Shown here one piece after another: positions 36,700 through 50,668 of a stretch of 64,000 nucleotides of DNA. This DNA is from the human T2T-CHM13v2.0 reference genome, Homo sapiens, in assembly GCF_009914755.1 (NCBI RefSeq), contig NC_060932.1; one strand, 5' to 3'. Within the stretch, counting starts at the first letter, position 1; each line of letters opens with the position of its first letter. Made by a program: the position numbers and the translations under genes. The notes below the pieces were generated by a model. It did not search any database, was not told where the DNA came from, and saw only the letters and a program-made list of their open reading frames with translations.

Positions 36700-39094
36700 A
36701 GAGGCTTAATTTTTCAACATTTCAACTTTTTATGTTACTAAATATGTTTATTTTAAGAAACATATTTTGCAGAGTTACTTTAAAACAGAGTGAGATTATG
36801 TAAATAAAGTGTGTGGCAAATGTTAGAAACCCAATAAATTTTAATACTGATAACCCATGTCCTCTGTTTTGGGAAGTTTGTCCTATTGTCCCACTGAGCT
36901 TTCCCTGTCTTAAGTCCAGCCTCGCAGCTGCTGTCAATCTCACTTTGTATCACACACTCTCTCTCAGAGTTTTCATCATTCTGAGTTTACTGACAACTCT
37001 CCATGACCACCTCAACCACTGTGACTGCTCAGTCAACCTTTGCATCATTTGTTGTTTTACTCTTTTCTCAGTCCTGTAATCATTCTGTTTTCTATCCCCA
37101 GGTGAATTCTAGGTTGACTCCTTCAGGTTGGTTCTGTAACATGCACATAATGGGATGTGAGAGCCCAGAGGTTACCTCTCAAGGACACTGTAAGATGAAC
37201 ATTCCTCACAGCCATCTAAACACTCCTGGCTCTGACTCTCAGTAGGAGACTTCTCTGGATGGGGAAGTGTGGATGCTTGGCCCCATCCTGCTGCAGCCTG
37301 AGTGGGAGTGGCAGAATTCTGGGTAACAAAGAGTATTCTTAATATACATGGTTGACTTGAATTCTGGGGTTTCAGAATTCAAGAATAGGAATAGGAATTT
37401 CAGAATAGGAGATACCTGTTAGCAAGGGGTGCCTATATCCTGCTTCAAATGACAATGAAGGCCCTGGAGCAGCAGATCAGGTCTTTGAAACACAGTCATT
37501 GCAGGCACCAAATTAAGAGAGACAAAGACCAACCAATATGCTAGGCAAAGGTAGGGATGCCACAAAATGGCAAGAGGTGGTGATGCCCTAAGGTAAGAGA
37601 GGACCCAAAGTTCAATATCCCCCGCTGGAAACTTGGTGAATGAAGACTGTCTCTGCAGAAGCCCTGCCAGTGTTCCTAGATGCACCAAGACCTGCTGCTG
37701 GAGAATTTCATTTAACTTCCTATATGGAAAGAAGAGTAAAGCTAAAAGACTCAGCTATTTTGAGAACCTGGAGAATTTTAGTAATTTTTGAGAGGACAGG
37801 CAGTAGGAAGCTAACTGAGAAAACTATAATCCCAGTGAGAATAAAACACTAGACAGAAAAAAGATATGACCCAGATCTTCTGGCTCTCAGCCCATACCCC
37901 TCTCACTTTACAGCTGGATAAATCAGAGAATTCTCATTCCTCTTTTTCTGGAGGTGTTCAGGTTTTCTTTACGGTAGGAGGATACAGGTCTCTGGCACAA
38001 AACCAGGTATTTACCTCAACACTAAACGCACATTTCCAGAGCATGAGATGGTTCTGTGAGGCAATGGGGAGGGGAAGAAAGTGCACACACCTGAGCACTA
38101 GGTATTACCGGTTTGTTCTGAATACTGACTGTAGTACTTACTAGCTGTGGGCCCATTCCTGTGGCAGTGACCACTTATAGCAGAATCATTATGGGGATTC
38201 ATGGGAGTAATTTGGAAAGCAAGAAGAGTAGACTGATAATAAGGAGAAATAACTCTCATAGTGGGATTTGTTTCTATCATGAGTATCAGCTGAGGCTGTT
38301 TCTCCACATTCTTCCATCCCACTACAGAGATGAAAATGCAAAGAATACTTTTTGTGTCTACCAACTGTTCATCACCAGTTACTTGTTTGTTCATTAATCT
38401 ACTTGTTTTCTTGTTTCTTTATACTTTTTTCTTAAATCATGAATAGGCCTTGATTAGAATATAGAACATCAAGATTATGAGCAGAACTATGAATTGTGAA
38501 ATGAAGTAGGATGCTGGGGAATTCGTGAGGAGAAATATAGCTGGAGGGTGAGGCAGGGGCCATGATGCTGAGCACTTTGGTGCCATGCTTTGGAAAAGTT
38601 CAGCGAAGGAAAGCCACAGAAAGATTTTTAGGGGATAGTGATGCAGGTTTGCATTTCCAATACAGCACTTCAAAGATTTATTTCAGGAGAAAAAGGCTGG
38701 AGTCAGAGATATTACTCCAGGGCTGGGATATGGCCAGGAAGAGCCAGCCCTGGCACAGCTGTAAACTTAATTGGTCTCTGGCATTATTTCATCTCCCTGG
38801 GGACCCCTTCCCCTGTGATAATACCAACCTCACTGCCAGGTGCATGTTCTCTGTGGGGAGCATGACATATGGGTCAGCCAATAAACTCTCAAGATACCAC
38901 CTTTCCCAAGGGTGTCAACCTTAAAAATTCCCATACTTGTGTCCTTAATAGTTTGAGAATAAGAAACCTCCAGAACCAAAAGGTAAGTCTCGAATGGTGA
39001 AGTTTCAGACTCTATGACAAGCAGAGGGAGAGAGAAAACAAAGGGCATGTTATGAAGTGAATTGTATGAAATTATCTTCAAATACTACTAAACA

Positions 39095-39447
39095 GCTTCT
39101 AGTCCTGCACATACCCACATTCTTTCATGCTCTGTGTCTTTGCCCATTCTCTTTCCTCTGCCTCAAATGCACTTTTCACTTTTAGTGTGGCTGGTTAAAT
39201 TTTATCTAAGCTCCAAAACACGATTTGACATCATGTCTTCCAGAAAGCCTTCCCTCAACTTATCTTCACTCCCACATTCTACACATAACTCTCTCATACT
39301 ACAGCAATCATCTGTGTAAGCGTCAGTCTCCCTCAATAGTGTGAGTGCTCTATGAAGGCAGAGGCTGTGTTTTACCATTTGTTTTATCACATTATCACGA
39401 AGAATGCCCAATACAGAATGGAAATTGAATAAATGCGTGGTGAATGG
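39095..39447 (+). mobile_element. L2 3' fragment
   Basis: tcttccagaaagccttccct...gtgagtgctctatgaaggcagagg...aataaatg. Confidence 0.75.
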
Positions 39448-39612
39448 ACCACAGTCTCTCAGCACAGAAGCAAGAGCAGGACAAGCCCCAGTTCCAGAGG
39501 GGTGAGTTTAGGGTGACTATTCAAGGTGATAATTCAGGCACACCTGAATTATCACTGAATGGGGATGAGTCTTGAATGGGGATGAGAAGCTCCAGAAATC
39601 AGAAACGATACC

Positions 39613-40050
39613 TGTCTTAGTCCACTTTATGTTGCTATAAAGGAATACCTGAGTCTGGGTAGTTTTTAAAGAAAAAAAGCCTTCTTTGGCTTACAGTTCT
39701 GCAGGCTGCACAAGAAGCATGGCACTGGCATCTGTTTGGCTTCTGATGAGAGCTTTTGTGTTGTGTCAAAGCATGGCAGAGGTCGAAAGGGAAGTGGATA
39801 GTGAAAAGAGGGGCCAAACAGGAAGGGCATCCCGGCTTTATAACAACCCCCTCTTGGGGGAACTAATCAATTTCCCCAAGAACCAATCCAGTCTCATGAG
39901 AATGAGAACTCACTACCACAAAAATGGCACCAAGCCATTCATGATGGATCTGCCCCTATGACCCAAATACCTCCCAACACAGGCACATTGAGGATCAAAT
40001 TTCAGTATAAGATTTGGTGGGAAGAAGCAAACCATATCCAAGCCATAGCA
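39613..40050 (-). mobile_element. MSTB-type solo LTR
   Basis: tgtcttagtcc...ccatagca with perfect 5-bp TSD ATACC (39608-39612, 40051-40055). Confidence 0.93.
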
Positions 40051-41164
40051 ATACCTAAGGTCAAAGCAAGATGCAAAGCCAGAGGCATATGATCCTGAGC
40101 CCCATAATTTGGCCTTGAGCTTCCCCACCTGTGAATCCCTTAGACTACAGATAGAAGCCAAATAGACTCAGCTACTTGAGAGAGAGAGGGAGGGAGAACA
40201 AGGAAAGTAGATAAGGACACACTCACCTATGGCTGTTTCCCTCCTCTTTTTGCATCATGGCTTTAATCATTAGTGTCTGGAGGCTTGAGGTAGATACTCA
40301 GAGGGAACTTAAGGAGTTATTATGGGCTGCCTGGTAAAGTGAAAGAGATTTGGTAGAGACAAGCAAACTATATCCAAACCATAGTCTGGTAAAGAGATAA
40401 TGAAAATTTCCTAGATTCTGTCAATCAGAAGTGCTCTACTTTAGCTCACAGCAACAAAAGGCCACACATTCTAAAGAAGGCCACGTCCAGTGAGGAATGC
40501 CAGAGCCAGGACATCTCATTTGGCTGATAAAACATGCATTTCAGATATTCCCTCACCCCAGCCATTCCTAGCAAGGCTTCCACTTCCCCATCTGCTGGCT
40601 TAAATGCCTTCTAATATCAATAGTGCTAAAGTTTTCTTCACAAATATAGGTTTTTATGAAAGCCAAATAGGGAGTGGGAAATAAAAGGGGTGTTAATTTA
40701 AATTCTCTGTTGGCTGCTGTAAGATTTTCACCACACTCCTGACCAACATCTTCCATGTCTGAGCACAGAGGCACTGTGCTGATTTGGGGGACTATGGTCT
40801 ACTCTGAAAGTAACTGCTCATTTCTTCCTTTGTTTCTTCCAGTACTTTTCCATTGCTTCATCATACTGGAGACCAGCCTGCGGTTCCTGTTACACGGAAG
40901 AATTTACCTAGTTCAGATCACCATAAAGCATTCTGATTTCTTTGGAGAACTTAAAAGAACTTGTTATTTTCTGGGTTTTTTTAATGGTTATCGTGCTGAT
41001 GATTTTGCTAATAAAAATGGTGGTAATGAATCAATTATTAAATAATGATTACTTGGTTGATTCGCTGGACAGCACCAATGTGGCATGAACTGTGCTAGAG
41101 AGTGAATGCTGACCTAGCCTAGTGGCGAGGTGGTGAGTTAAGGATAACAGTCAGAGGACATAAG

Positions 41165-41500
41165 AAATGATGGAACTTGATAGAGATGTTGACACTGGTG
41201 GTGATGGTGGGGCTAGTGGTGGAGATGGAGTCGATAATGGCTGTGGTAATGGTAACAGTATCAATTGTGATAATGGAGGTGGGAATAGTTGTCAAAGAGA
41301 CTGTGTGAGGAAGGTGGATATGATGGTGGTGACAATGAGACCCAAATGTTGATGATGGAGCTAGTTTGCTGGTGAAGGTGATGATGGCAAATGTAGAGGC
41401 GCGGTGAGCAGAGTAGTTGGGAGATGATAGAAAATAGATAGATGAATAGATAGATAGAAGACAAGTAGATAGATGATAGAGAAATAGATAATAGATAAAC
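41165..41500. repeat. Degenerate (GGT/GAT)n low-complexity tract followed by (GATA)n
   Basis: Directly visible; it explains ORFs 41119-41502 and 41167-41352. Confidence 0.85.
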
Positions 41501-41847
41501 AAAGGGTTGATGGTTACATAATATTTCTTAAATAATTTTGTTCACCAAAATGTTTTCAGATTTGTCCTCTCAGCCAGACTAAAGCCAGAAACAAACAGAA
41601 GCTTATCTTTCCTCAAAAATAAACATTCCTTGCATTAGATCAGAAAAAAAATAATGAAATAACCAAGTCCTGGATACACCATTTGCTAGAAAAAATAACA
41701 AACCAGTGATTGTCAGACACTACCTGTAGTAATGGAATTCCAGCCTGAGCCTCCTCCTCAAAGATCTTCTAGAAAGAGCATTGGAGAGGGACAGGAATAA
41801 GAGGACTCTCTCTGATGTCAGGAGAGGGTCTGGGGATAGAAGGACCT

Positions 41848-42390
41848 TGTATTGGGTCCCAAGGCTACCTCCAAATTTAGAAATTAGCTAGAAGGACTCA
41901 CAAGACTTAGCATACAGTTGTTCTCATAACTAAGATTTATTGTAGCAAAAGGATACAAAGCAAAATTGGCAAAAAGAAAATGTGCATGGGTAAAGTTCAG
42001 AGGAAATCAGCAGCAAAGGTCCAAGAGTCTTCTCCCAGTGGAATCACACAGAACATGCTTAATTTCTCCAGGAACAGGTTGTGATAACACATATTAAATA
42101 TTGTATACCAGAGAAGCTCATTAGACTCAGCACCCAAGGTTTTTATTGAGAGATAGTCATGTAGGCACTCTGCGTAGCATGTACCAAAATTCCAGACTCC
42201 CTGAAAGGAAGCAGGTGTTCAGCTAAACTACACTGTTGGTACAAACAAAAGACCCATTCTTATCATTATGGAAAGTTTTATATCAATGTAGGAAAGGGAA
42301 CTGTTTACTATCCAAGTTCCAAGATGTCAACCAAGGGCCAACTTTGCAAGCAGGTCTTTCTAAGGATAGTAGGCTCATCTTCTCTGCACA
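41848..42390 (-). mobile_element. MER68 solo LTR (ERVL)
   Basis: ccaagggccaactttgcaagcaggtctttctaaggatag...tctgcaca matches the recalled MER68 5' end; TSD gacct/ggcct. Confidence 0.8.
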
Positions 42391-43302
42391 GGCCTCCATG
42401 CAGGAGAGATGCTGAGAGCCCTGACTGAGAACAAGTATTCCCCAGACATAGAATACTTAAGTAGAAAACTTCACAGTGCTTTTTCAAGCAAAAGTGCAGT
42501 TGCAGCAGCACTGTCCTTGACCTCCTTAAGTTAGTGGATAATTATATAGCCTTGGGGATCTGCTTCCACTGATTAAGAAAAGTCCAGCTGCATCACAAGC
42601 AGATGTGCTGCAAAATCTTTGTTTATCAGGGTGGCTACAAAGTGATGAGGCCTCCAGCAAAAACCAATGTAATTACCTGAAAATTGCATCTCATGAAAGA
42701 AATATCTGCAAATCAAATCTGGGTTTGTCATTGATTTGTATTTGAATTCCAGCACTTTCTGTGACAAAATAAGACTGGTATAAAAGTTTTAGAGCAAAAT
42801 CTAATCTCACTACTTATTACTTAGTCAACTTAAATAAGCCACTCTGAGTCTCAGAATGTTGTTTGGTTTATTCGGGGAGTGAATCCAAAGACCACAGAGT
42901 TGAGGTAATCATAGTCTTTGGGTCTTGCCCCACTCTTGTTAGTTCATACAGGGACCCTGTCTATGTCATTTTATAATTGTTACCTCCGATTTTATCTCCT
43001 CTCTCATTCTCACATTGTCTACCAACAGCTGCACACATAAATGTGCTTGGTAGGTGTCTATAATAAATCTCTATCTAAACTTCTTCATCTGTAAAACGGA
43101 CATAGTAATATCTGCCTTATTGGTCTCATTGTGTTTTTGTAAAGGTCAAAAAAAGCCTAAAATCACTCATAAAAAGCATCATGTAAATATCAGGCATCTT
43201 ATTATATTAATTGTGACTGCCTTTCAGCCAAATATAACTCCTAACATTTTCATTTTCGTCAGACATAAATACTGGACCAGAAGTGTTGGGTTGGTTCTTT
43301 TC

Positions 43303-43770
43303 TTCTGTGCCTCAAATTGTGTTGTCCAAAACAGATATGTGTAAGTCCTAACCTCTGGTACCTGTGAATGTAGCCTTATTTGGAAATAGGGTCTTCGCAG
43401 ATGTAATCCAGTTAAGATAAGGTCATACTGGATTAGGGTGTGTCCTAAATCCAATGGCTGGTGTTCTTATAGGAGAAGGAAATTTGGAAACGGAGACTTA
43501 GAAAAGACACACAAAAACAATGCCATATGGTAACAGAGGCAGAGACTGGAGTGATGCATCTACAAGCTGAGGAGTGGCAAGAATTTCCAGCAACATCCAA
43601 AGCTAAGAAAAGACAAGGAAGGAAACCTGGAGCCTTCAGAGAGAATAAAGTTCTCTCAACATTTTGATTTTAAATTTCCAGCTTCCAGAACTGTGAAAGA
43701 ATAAATTTCTGTTGTGTTAAGCCACCCAGTTTGTGGTCATTTATGACATTTGCCCTAGGAAACTAATTCT
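43303..43770 (+). mobile_element. MLT1C solo LTR
   Basis: ccttatttggaaatagggtcttcgcagatgtaat...gaggcagagactggagtgatgcatctacaag...ccctaggaaactaat. Confidence 0.88.
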
Positions 43771-44756
43771 TCATCCTAGCCCCACTACCGTATCACTTAA
43801 TAGTTTTGGCCAAATCACTTCATCAGGCCCAGGTATGCATACTGTGCTCCAGAGATGAGATAGAACATGGATTAGCCTTGAGTTCATGGGTTTTGGAAAT
43901 AGTACAGTAGGGCTGGAGACATGCCTTAGGAACAGCCAAAAGAAGAATGTGCTCTGTAGTGCACAGAAAATGTGGTTGCAATGCCATCCTCTCAGTGTCA
44001 CGGATAAGAGAATAAAGACTGAAGGGATGAAATTCCTCAGCTCTGGTTACACAGTAAGTTAGTGGCAGAGCCAGAGGAGAGCTGGCCTCCCAAGTCTGGG
44101 CCTTCTCCACTGAATGCAGGATGCTTGTTTCTGTCTGGCCCACAACATCAGGAAGATACAAAGAATGAAGAGAGAAAAACAACCTGTTAAGTTAACTAGA
44201 GCAAAGGAGCTTGCTGAAGGGTCATGAGGTGTGGGGCCTTTGTAATAGTGATAAGTCATCTGCCCAAGTCAGTGTCAGAGATAAAAGGTGGGAGGCTTTT
44301 TCAGTAGTCTCATTGGTTGGTTCACTATGATTTAAGACCAGACCCTGCTCTCCCATTAATTTTAACGCCAACTCAGTTTGAAGGGATTTACGACCAAGCA
44401 GTACAAAGAGTGATTTGAGTTACAACTTGGCCTGGCTGTGTTCAGGAGACAAGGGCAGAATGTTTCATTTTCCAGACTGCTGACTTTCTTTCTAACTCTC
44501 CTTCCCTGAAAACATAAATAAAGGTGAGACATTGAAAAATGATCTTGAGTTTTTTGGTGGTTGAATCCTATTTAGAATTAAAAGAATAAAACCTGAGCAA
44601 TTTGAGAAAATAAGGAAAATAACCTGAGCCAACCTGCATGATGTCAAGGAGAGAGCTATGGCCCAGGGCACCAGAAACTGTGCTCTGCCTCCAACTCACT
44701 AAAGTGTTCTGGAAGCCATTTCCCCAACCCAGGGCCCTACTTCCTAATCAATACAA

Positions 44757-45005
44757 CAAGAGCAGCACAGTGTAGTGGTCTCTCACCCAGGCTCTGGAGC
44801 CACAATGTCTTTGATTCCAAGTCCTGACTACAGTGTTTATCAACTCCATGAGGTTAAGAAAATCACTCAGCCTCTCCATGCCTCAGTTTTTAAATCTGTA
44901 TCATGAGACCAATAATAAAACCTAGTCCATGAGGTTATTAAAGAACAAAAGTTAGCATTTTGATGTGCTGAGAACAGTTCCTAGCATAGTGCAAGTACTG
45001 TATAT
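44757..45005 (+). mobile_element. MIR, near full length
   Basis: ggctctggagcca...cctcagtttttaaatctgta...gaacagttcctagcatagt. Confidence 0.8.
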
Positions 45006-46114
45006 GCTTGTTTGATGAAACAAAGGTGTTGAGCAAGAGGCACTCCGATGATTCTTTTCTGCTTCCACACTCAAAGTTGGCTTCAGAGAAAATACAAGGG
45101 GAGGAGAAGGGAGGCGACAGGGCATGGAGACTGCTGAGGTCAGGCATCTTGAGTGGGCCAGATAACTTGAGAGAAAGAGCACCAAATTTGAGTTGGAAGG
45201 CCTGTAACCTGATTCCTGCTTTGCCAAGAACATACTGGTATGGTCCTAAGCACATATCCATGTCTGATAAAATTGGAAAGATTTAATGAGCTATATTCAA
45301 GCTTGCTTCCAACACTGGAGTTATATGATTTGAAAACTGGCAACAGAAAACCAAACTGTATAAGCACCAAAGTACACCAACCAATTTTCCAAGAGTATTA
45401 GGGGGACAGGTTGTGATTTGGATGCCTAAGACCTACCACTCACTTCCTTTCTCCAGGGTTCTGTTTTGTGGGAGTACACATACAACCATCTAGAGTCAAA
45501 TGGAAAAGTAAGTATTCCATACATATTATTACTGGTCATGTGAATGCCCAGAACTCTAACACAAGGTTTTGGCAAAAGCTGAATTGGAGACAAATGCAAA
45601 CCTATGGCAGAAGAAGGAATTCCTACTCCTTCTTCATAGTCCAAATTTTGGGTCCCATGTGCTCATTTGTGCCTTCAGGAGAGGAAGATGGAGATAGCAA
45701 GGTCTGCAGAGCCTATATGAACTTACTTGGCCAAATGTTAGGTAAAGATGACTGAATAATGTCCCCCAGTGGATTGTGGACAGATGGACAGTGACTTCAC
45801 TCATTAGTGAAATGCATCTCAATGATTGGCAGACACTGACCATGCAGATAAGCCAGATGCCCTACCATTGGAAGAAACAAATTGAGGGTTGGTAAGAGGG
45901 TGACATAAGGACCCCAGGTTTCTTCCAACATTCTTTACTTAAGGGAGAGGAAGTTTGGACCTTACTTCCTGGCTCTCCTGTACAGGAACAGCTTGGTTCC
46001 TTGTGACAAAATAATGAATATTCATATCATTACATGTAGTTTAAGGCAAGTTAACTTGATTGTAGGCTTTATCTGATTACAGCAGTAATCTGTTTTTTGA
46101 TGAGCTTGTGGGCA

Positions 46115-46355
46115 CTCGAGCTATGGCTTTAGACTTAATCAGATTTGAATTCTAATCCAAATTTCCTTACAGGGAAAGCTACTCAACCTCTTTGTGCTAC
46201 TGTTTACTCATCAATTAAAAAAATGGAAATAATAATACTCTCTGCTTTATATGCATTTTGTGAGAGTTAAATTAAATAGGAATAGTCTTTATTATAAAAA
46301 CCACTTAACACAGTGCCTGAAACATGTAAGTGACAATAAGTTATAGTCATCATTA
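46115..46355 (+). mobile_element. MIR
   Basis: agatttgaattctaatcc...ctcaacctctttgtg...cacttaacacagtgcctga. Confidence 0.7.
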
Positions 46356-47004
46356 TTTTACCAGGCAATCTCTCAGAGACTCTAAAACTGCATCTGATTC
46401 ACCTCCCTTTTTCATACATAAGAATGATTGATGATCCCATATTTCATTATTTTACCTCTCTAGGGATCTCTAGTTATAAATCTAGTATTTTATTTTCTAT
46501 AGATTTAAACCCATATTTCTCTTTTCTAAAAAGAGATGCCTAATGCTTTAATTTAAAGCCTTTAAGAAAATTCTTAAATCCAGCAAGGGCAAGCAGATTC
46601 TCAGGGTTCTGCATATAAATCTTCATGTCTTTGAAGTCAGTGACTGTGGCCCCTGTGGGCCAGCCCTTGCTTAGAGACAAAGATCCAAATGTCTGTGGAA
46701 AAATGGGCCAATCTCTTATGATAAAAGCTGTAGTTTGTGTAGCAAGAGATGGAAATTGTTCTGGAATTACCAGCTGGAGTATTTCACCCTAGAGATTTAT
46801 ACCAAAGAGGAAGTGAAAAAGAAAAATATTTGAATGCAGTACAAAGATTCCCCTATTTCTCTGTGCGATATGAGTAGGAACTTGGAAACAATTCAAATGT
46901 CTAGCAATAATATATCAATGTGGCTACATGTTCATTAATAGCCAAGTCGCCTGCAACATAGCTAACTCTCTAAATTCTCCAAAGTGTTTCCACTGCTGCC
47001 AGCC

Positions 47005-47520
47005 CAATTCATGCATTTATTCGTTTAGCCTTTCCATCATCCAGGTTTTTTTTAATGCTTACTACATGACAGGTACGATGCTTGACATTGGGAATGCGAT
47101 GGTAAATAAGACATGGTCCCTACCCTAAAGATCTTTGTTTCTAATGAAGTACCTAGAAAATTAATTAAATATGGAATTACAAGAAAGAATGGCAAGTGCT
47201 TTAATCCAGTAAATCATGATAAATGAGTGGTTATGAGATTTTAACCTTGGCAATTTAGCTTCAGGTTTTGTCATTATGCTGCTGGTCACTTAGCCTGTGG
47301 TCAAGCAGCAAGGGAGGGAGCTGGAGTTCAACTCTGTGCAACGTGAAGCTTCCAGGATCTTCATGCTTGATAACTATGCTCAGTGTGCACATGCTTTGTT
47401 TTAGAGGCTTGTGGAACAGCATTTGGAGATGTGTAGTCAGCACTTGGAGACACACATCTGGTAGCCAGGGGGTGGATATACCTGGAGACACGAACTTAGG
47501 AGTCAACAATAAGAAGAAGC
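47005..47520 (-). mobile_element. L2 fragments
   Basis: ggtaaataagacatggtccctaccct and atttggagatgtg...acgaacttaggagtcaaca. Confidence 0.6.
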
Positions 47521-47815
47521 TCACTCAGTAAAGAAGAAGAGAACCCAAAGCAGAATTCCAGCACATCAATCTTCAACTAATAAGGAGATGGAATGGGGGT
47601 GGGAGGAGAGAAACAAAAACAAACAAACAAAAAAAAAAAAAACAGAAGAAGAAGGAGAAGGTCCCTCCTCCTCTTTACAATTACCACGTGAAAAGAAATT
47701 TTGGACAGAGGTGAAGGTATCTGAAATAATTGTTATTAATAGCAAGAAAATTTCTGGAAATTTAATTATATTTCTCCACTTTTCCACTATCCTCTGGTAA
47801 AAATATAAGACCAGT

Positions 47816-48248
47816 TGCAAATAACTATGAAGGATCTAAGATTTATTCTATTTACAAGGGAACAAGTCAGCCTGGCACAGCTTCATTGATGCTGACAAAA
47901 GACATGAGTCCCTTGGGTCAAAGACCAAGGACTTTATTACTCACGGTAATAGCAATACCCAAACTGTAAGAATTTCCTTGGGTCAAATTCCTTAAGTCCC
48001 AATTCCCACTGCGTGGCAAAAGTAGAGTCCAAGTGACACTTGTACCTGTGGTGAGTTGGGGGAGGAGCCCTGAACTAAAGGACCCGAGTCTTTATTAATC
48101 GGTACTAAGCATGCCTAACTTTTGCTCTGGAAAAAGATAATCATTTTTTCCCAAAGCTGTAATCAAACCGTCTCTTGGCTTCCGAAGGAGACACCATCTC
48201 CATCTTCTAAAGCTGTTTGCTATGGAGACATTCTATGGAAAATAATAG
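47816..48248 (-). mobile_element. ERVL-type LTR (MER76/LTR47-like), truncated at the L1 insertion
   Basis: aaggatctaagattt...aacaagtcagcctggcacagcttcattgatgctg...ggactttattactcac; subfamily uncertain. Confidence 0.55.
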
Positions 48249-50570
48249 AGACTTCTGCTTTCTGGTCTGAAATGTAATGGGCTAATAAGTTGTCATTTAG
48301 TCCACGCAATGGAAAATAAGTGAAAAATAAAACTGAAAATCAACAACTATTCTTAGATCCACCAGAAAATTGAGATCTCATGGCAAACTATAGCACCCAA
48401 AATTCAAGAGACAGACAGATACAGAGAATCACAAAGTACTAGAGCTGAAAGCCAGGAGCAGAAGCCCTCTGCTAGAGCAGGATCATGGTAGGAAAACATA
48501 AACTGTAAGTGATCAATTGCTGGAGGCTCAAAGTGGGCAAGCTTGAGAATTAAAACATTAAGTGGGGCCAGTATCAGGATGACCCCCCACAGTTTCCTGA
48601 GTTTTCACTCCCAGAGAAAAATGCCCTATACTTCTTGCATAGGGAGGGGGAAAAAGTAACCATTTTGAAATATATCTAGAACATTCTGTTCTCCAAAAGA
48701 AAACAAAACAAACAACAACAACAAAAAAAACTCCTTAAGAGAAACTATTTCAGCAGAGTCTGAGAACCTTGGATTTTACCAGAGCCTAACTGACATGAGA
48801 GAAGGAAAATATCCAATTTTAGCTTCCTCCAGGCTTCCTGTATCACATAGAAGGAGGGGGACGGAGAAGCGCTTGTGAAGGTCATAGCCCAGGGGGCAAA
48901 GCTCGAAAGATCTGATAATAGGACTATACAATGCTTCCTCTCCCCTTCACTCTACCTCCCATCAACAGGGCTCCTATGTAACAGGGAATTCTAACTGAAA
49001 GAACCACAAGTCTCAGATCTTATTTAAGAAGCCTTTAGGGAAAGCCAAATATCATAGGAGAGAGAAAATGAGGCCAGCAGAGACTTTATTGCCTGACACT
49101 TGTAGCTATAGCAAATGGTAAACACAGCCTAATTCCTAGCCAGATAAGTATAACTTTAGACTAAAGGCCTATTTACCTCAGTGTCTTTTACCTAGTATAT
49201 CATGTCCAACTTTTGACCAAACATTCAAGGCATACTGAAAGGCAAAGTACACAGTTTGAAGAGACAGAGAAAGAATCAGAAATAGGATCAAATATAGCAG
49301 AGGGGGTGGAATTATTAGACCAGAAATTTAAAATAACTATGATTAATACACTAAGAGATATAACAGAAAAAGTGGACACCATGCAATAAGAGATGAGTAA
49401 TGTAAGGAGAGAGATGGAAACTCTAAGAAAAAAATAACAACTGAATTCCACAAATCAGAAACTCAAAAACATAAATGAAGAATACTCTTAATGGATTTAT
49501 CAATAAATAGGACAGAAGCAATAAAAGAATCAGTGGGCTTGAAAAATGTCAGGACAAACTTTCCAATCTGAAAAGCAAGGGGAAAAGAATTTTTTAAACA
49601 TATCAGAACCTTCAAGAACTGTGGGACAATTAAAAAAGATGTAACTAATATATGTATAATGGGAATGCCAAGAGTAGATAAAACACAGAAAGAAATAGAA
49701 GAAATATTTGAATTATTCAAATATGAGAATTTTTCAAAGTTAATGACAGATATCAAACCACAGATTCAAGAAGCTCAGAGAACACCAAGAAAGATAAATA
49801 TCCCCTCCAAAAAAAACTACACTTAGACATAAAATATTCAGACTGCTAAGAATCAAATACAAAGAGGAAATTCTGAAAGAAACAGGTGGCTAAATACCTC
49901 ACTTGAGAACAATGATAAAAATTGCATTGGAATTCTCATCAGAAGCCATTTAAGTATAAAGAGAATATAGTGAAATATTAAAGTGGTGAAAGAAAAAAAC
50001 CTACCAACATAGAAATTCTGTATCCAGTAAATTATCCTTCAAAAGTAAAATAGAAATACTCTCTCGGACAACAGTCGAATGTGTTGCCAGTAGACACAAC
50101 TTGCTAGAAATGTCGAAAGATCTTCAGGAAGAAGGAAAATTACATAGGTCAGAAATTCAGATCTACATAAAGAAAGGGAGAGTATTAGAGAAGGAATAAG
50201 TGAAGGTAAAATAAAAACTTAATTTTCATACTCTTAGTAGATCTAACAGATAAAGTTTGTTCAGAATAATAACAGCAGCAATGTTTTCAGAGTTTATACT
50301 TTATGAATAAGTAAAATGAATGACACCAATGTTATAAGGAACAGGGAGAAGACATTGAGAATATGCTGTTATGAGGCACTTGTACTACCCATGAAGCAGT
50401 ATAGTGTTATTTGAAAGTAGACTTGCATTTGCTGTAAATGTTATTATTGCAAACTCTAGGGCAAGCACTAAAAAGAAGCTTGAAAGAAGCATAATTGATA
50501 TTCTAAGAAAGAAGAGAAAATTGAATCATATAAAATGCTCAAGTAAAACCAAAGAAGGCAGCAAAATAGT

Positions 50571-50583
50571 GAAAGAAAGAAAG

Positions 50584-50630
<47 letters not shown>

Positions 50631-50634
50631 AGGA

Positions 50635-50666
<32 letters not shown>

Positions 50667-50668
50667 AA
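50571..50668. repeat. (GAAA)n tetranucleotide STR in the L1 inter-ORF region
   Basis: Directly visible; it explains the KKERKKE and FFLS ORFs. Confidence 0.97.

Noticed and set aside
38687-38982. Possible exon (tttcag acceptor to AG|GTAAGT donor)
   Set aside because: Weak polypyrimidine tract; isolated splice-site matches are common and nothing else supports it.
41119-41502. Thr/Ile/His-rich and Gly/Asp-rich ORFs
   Set aside because: Products of (GGT/GAT)n and (GATA)n low-complexity DNA.
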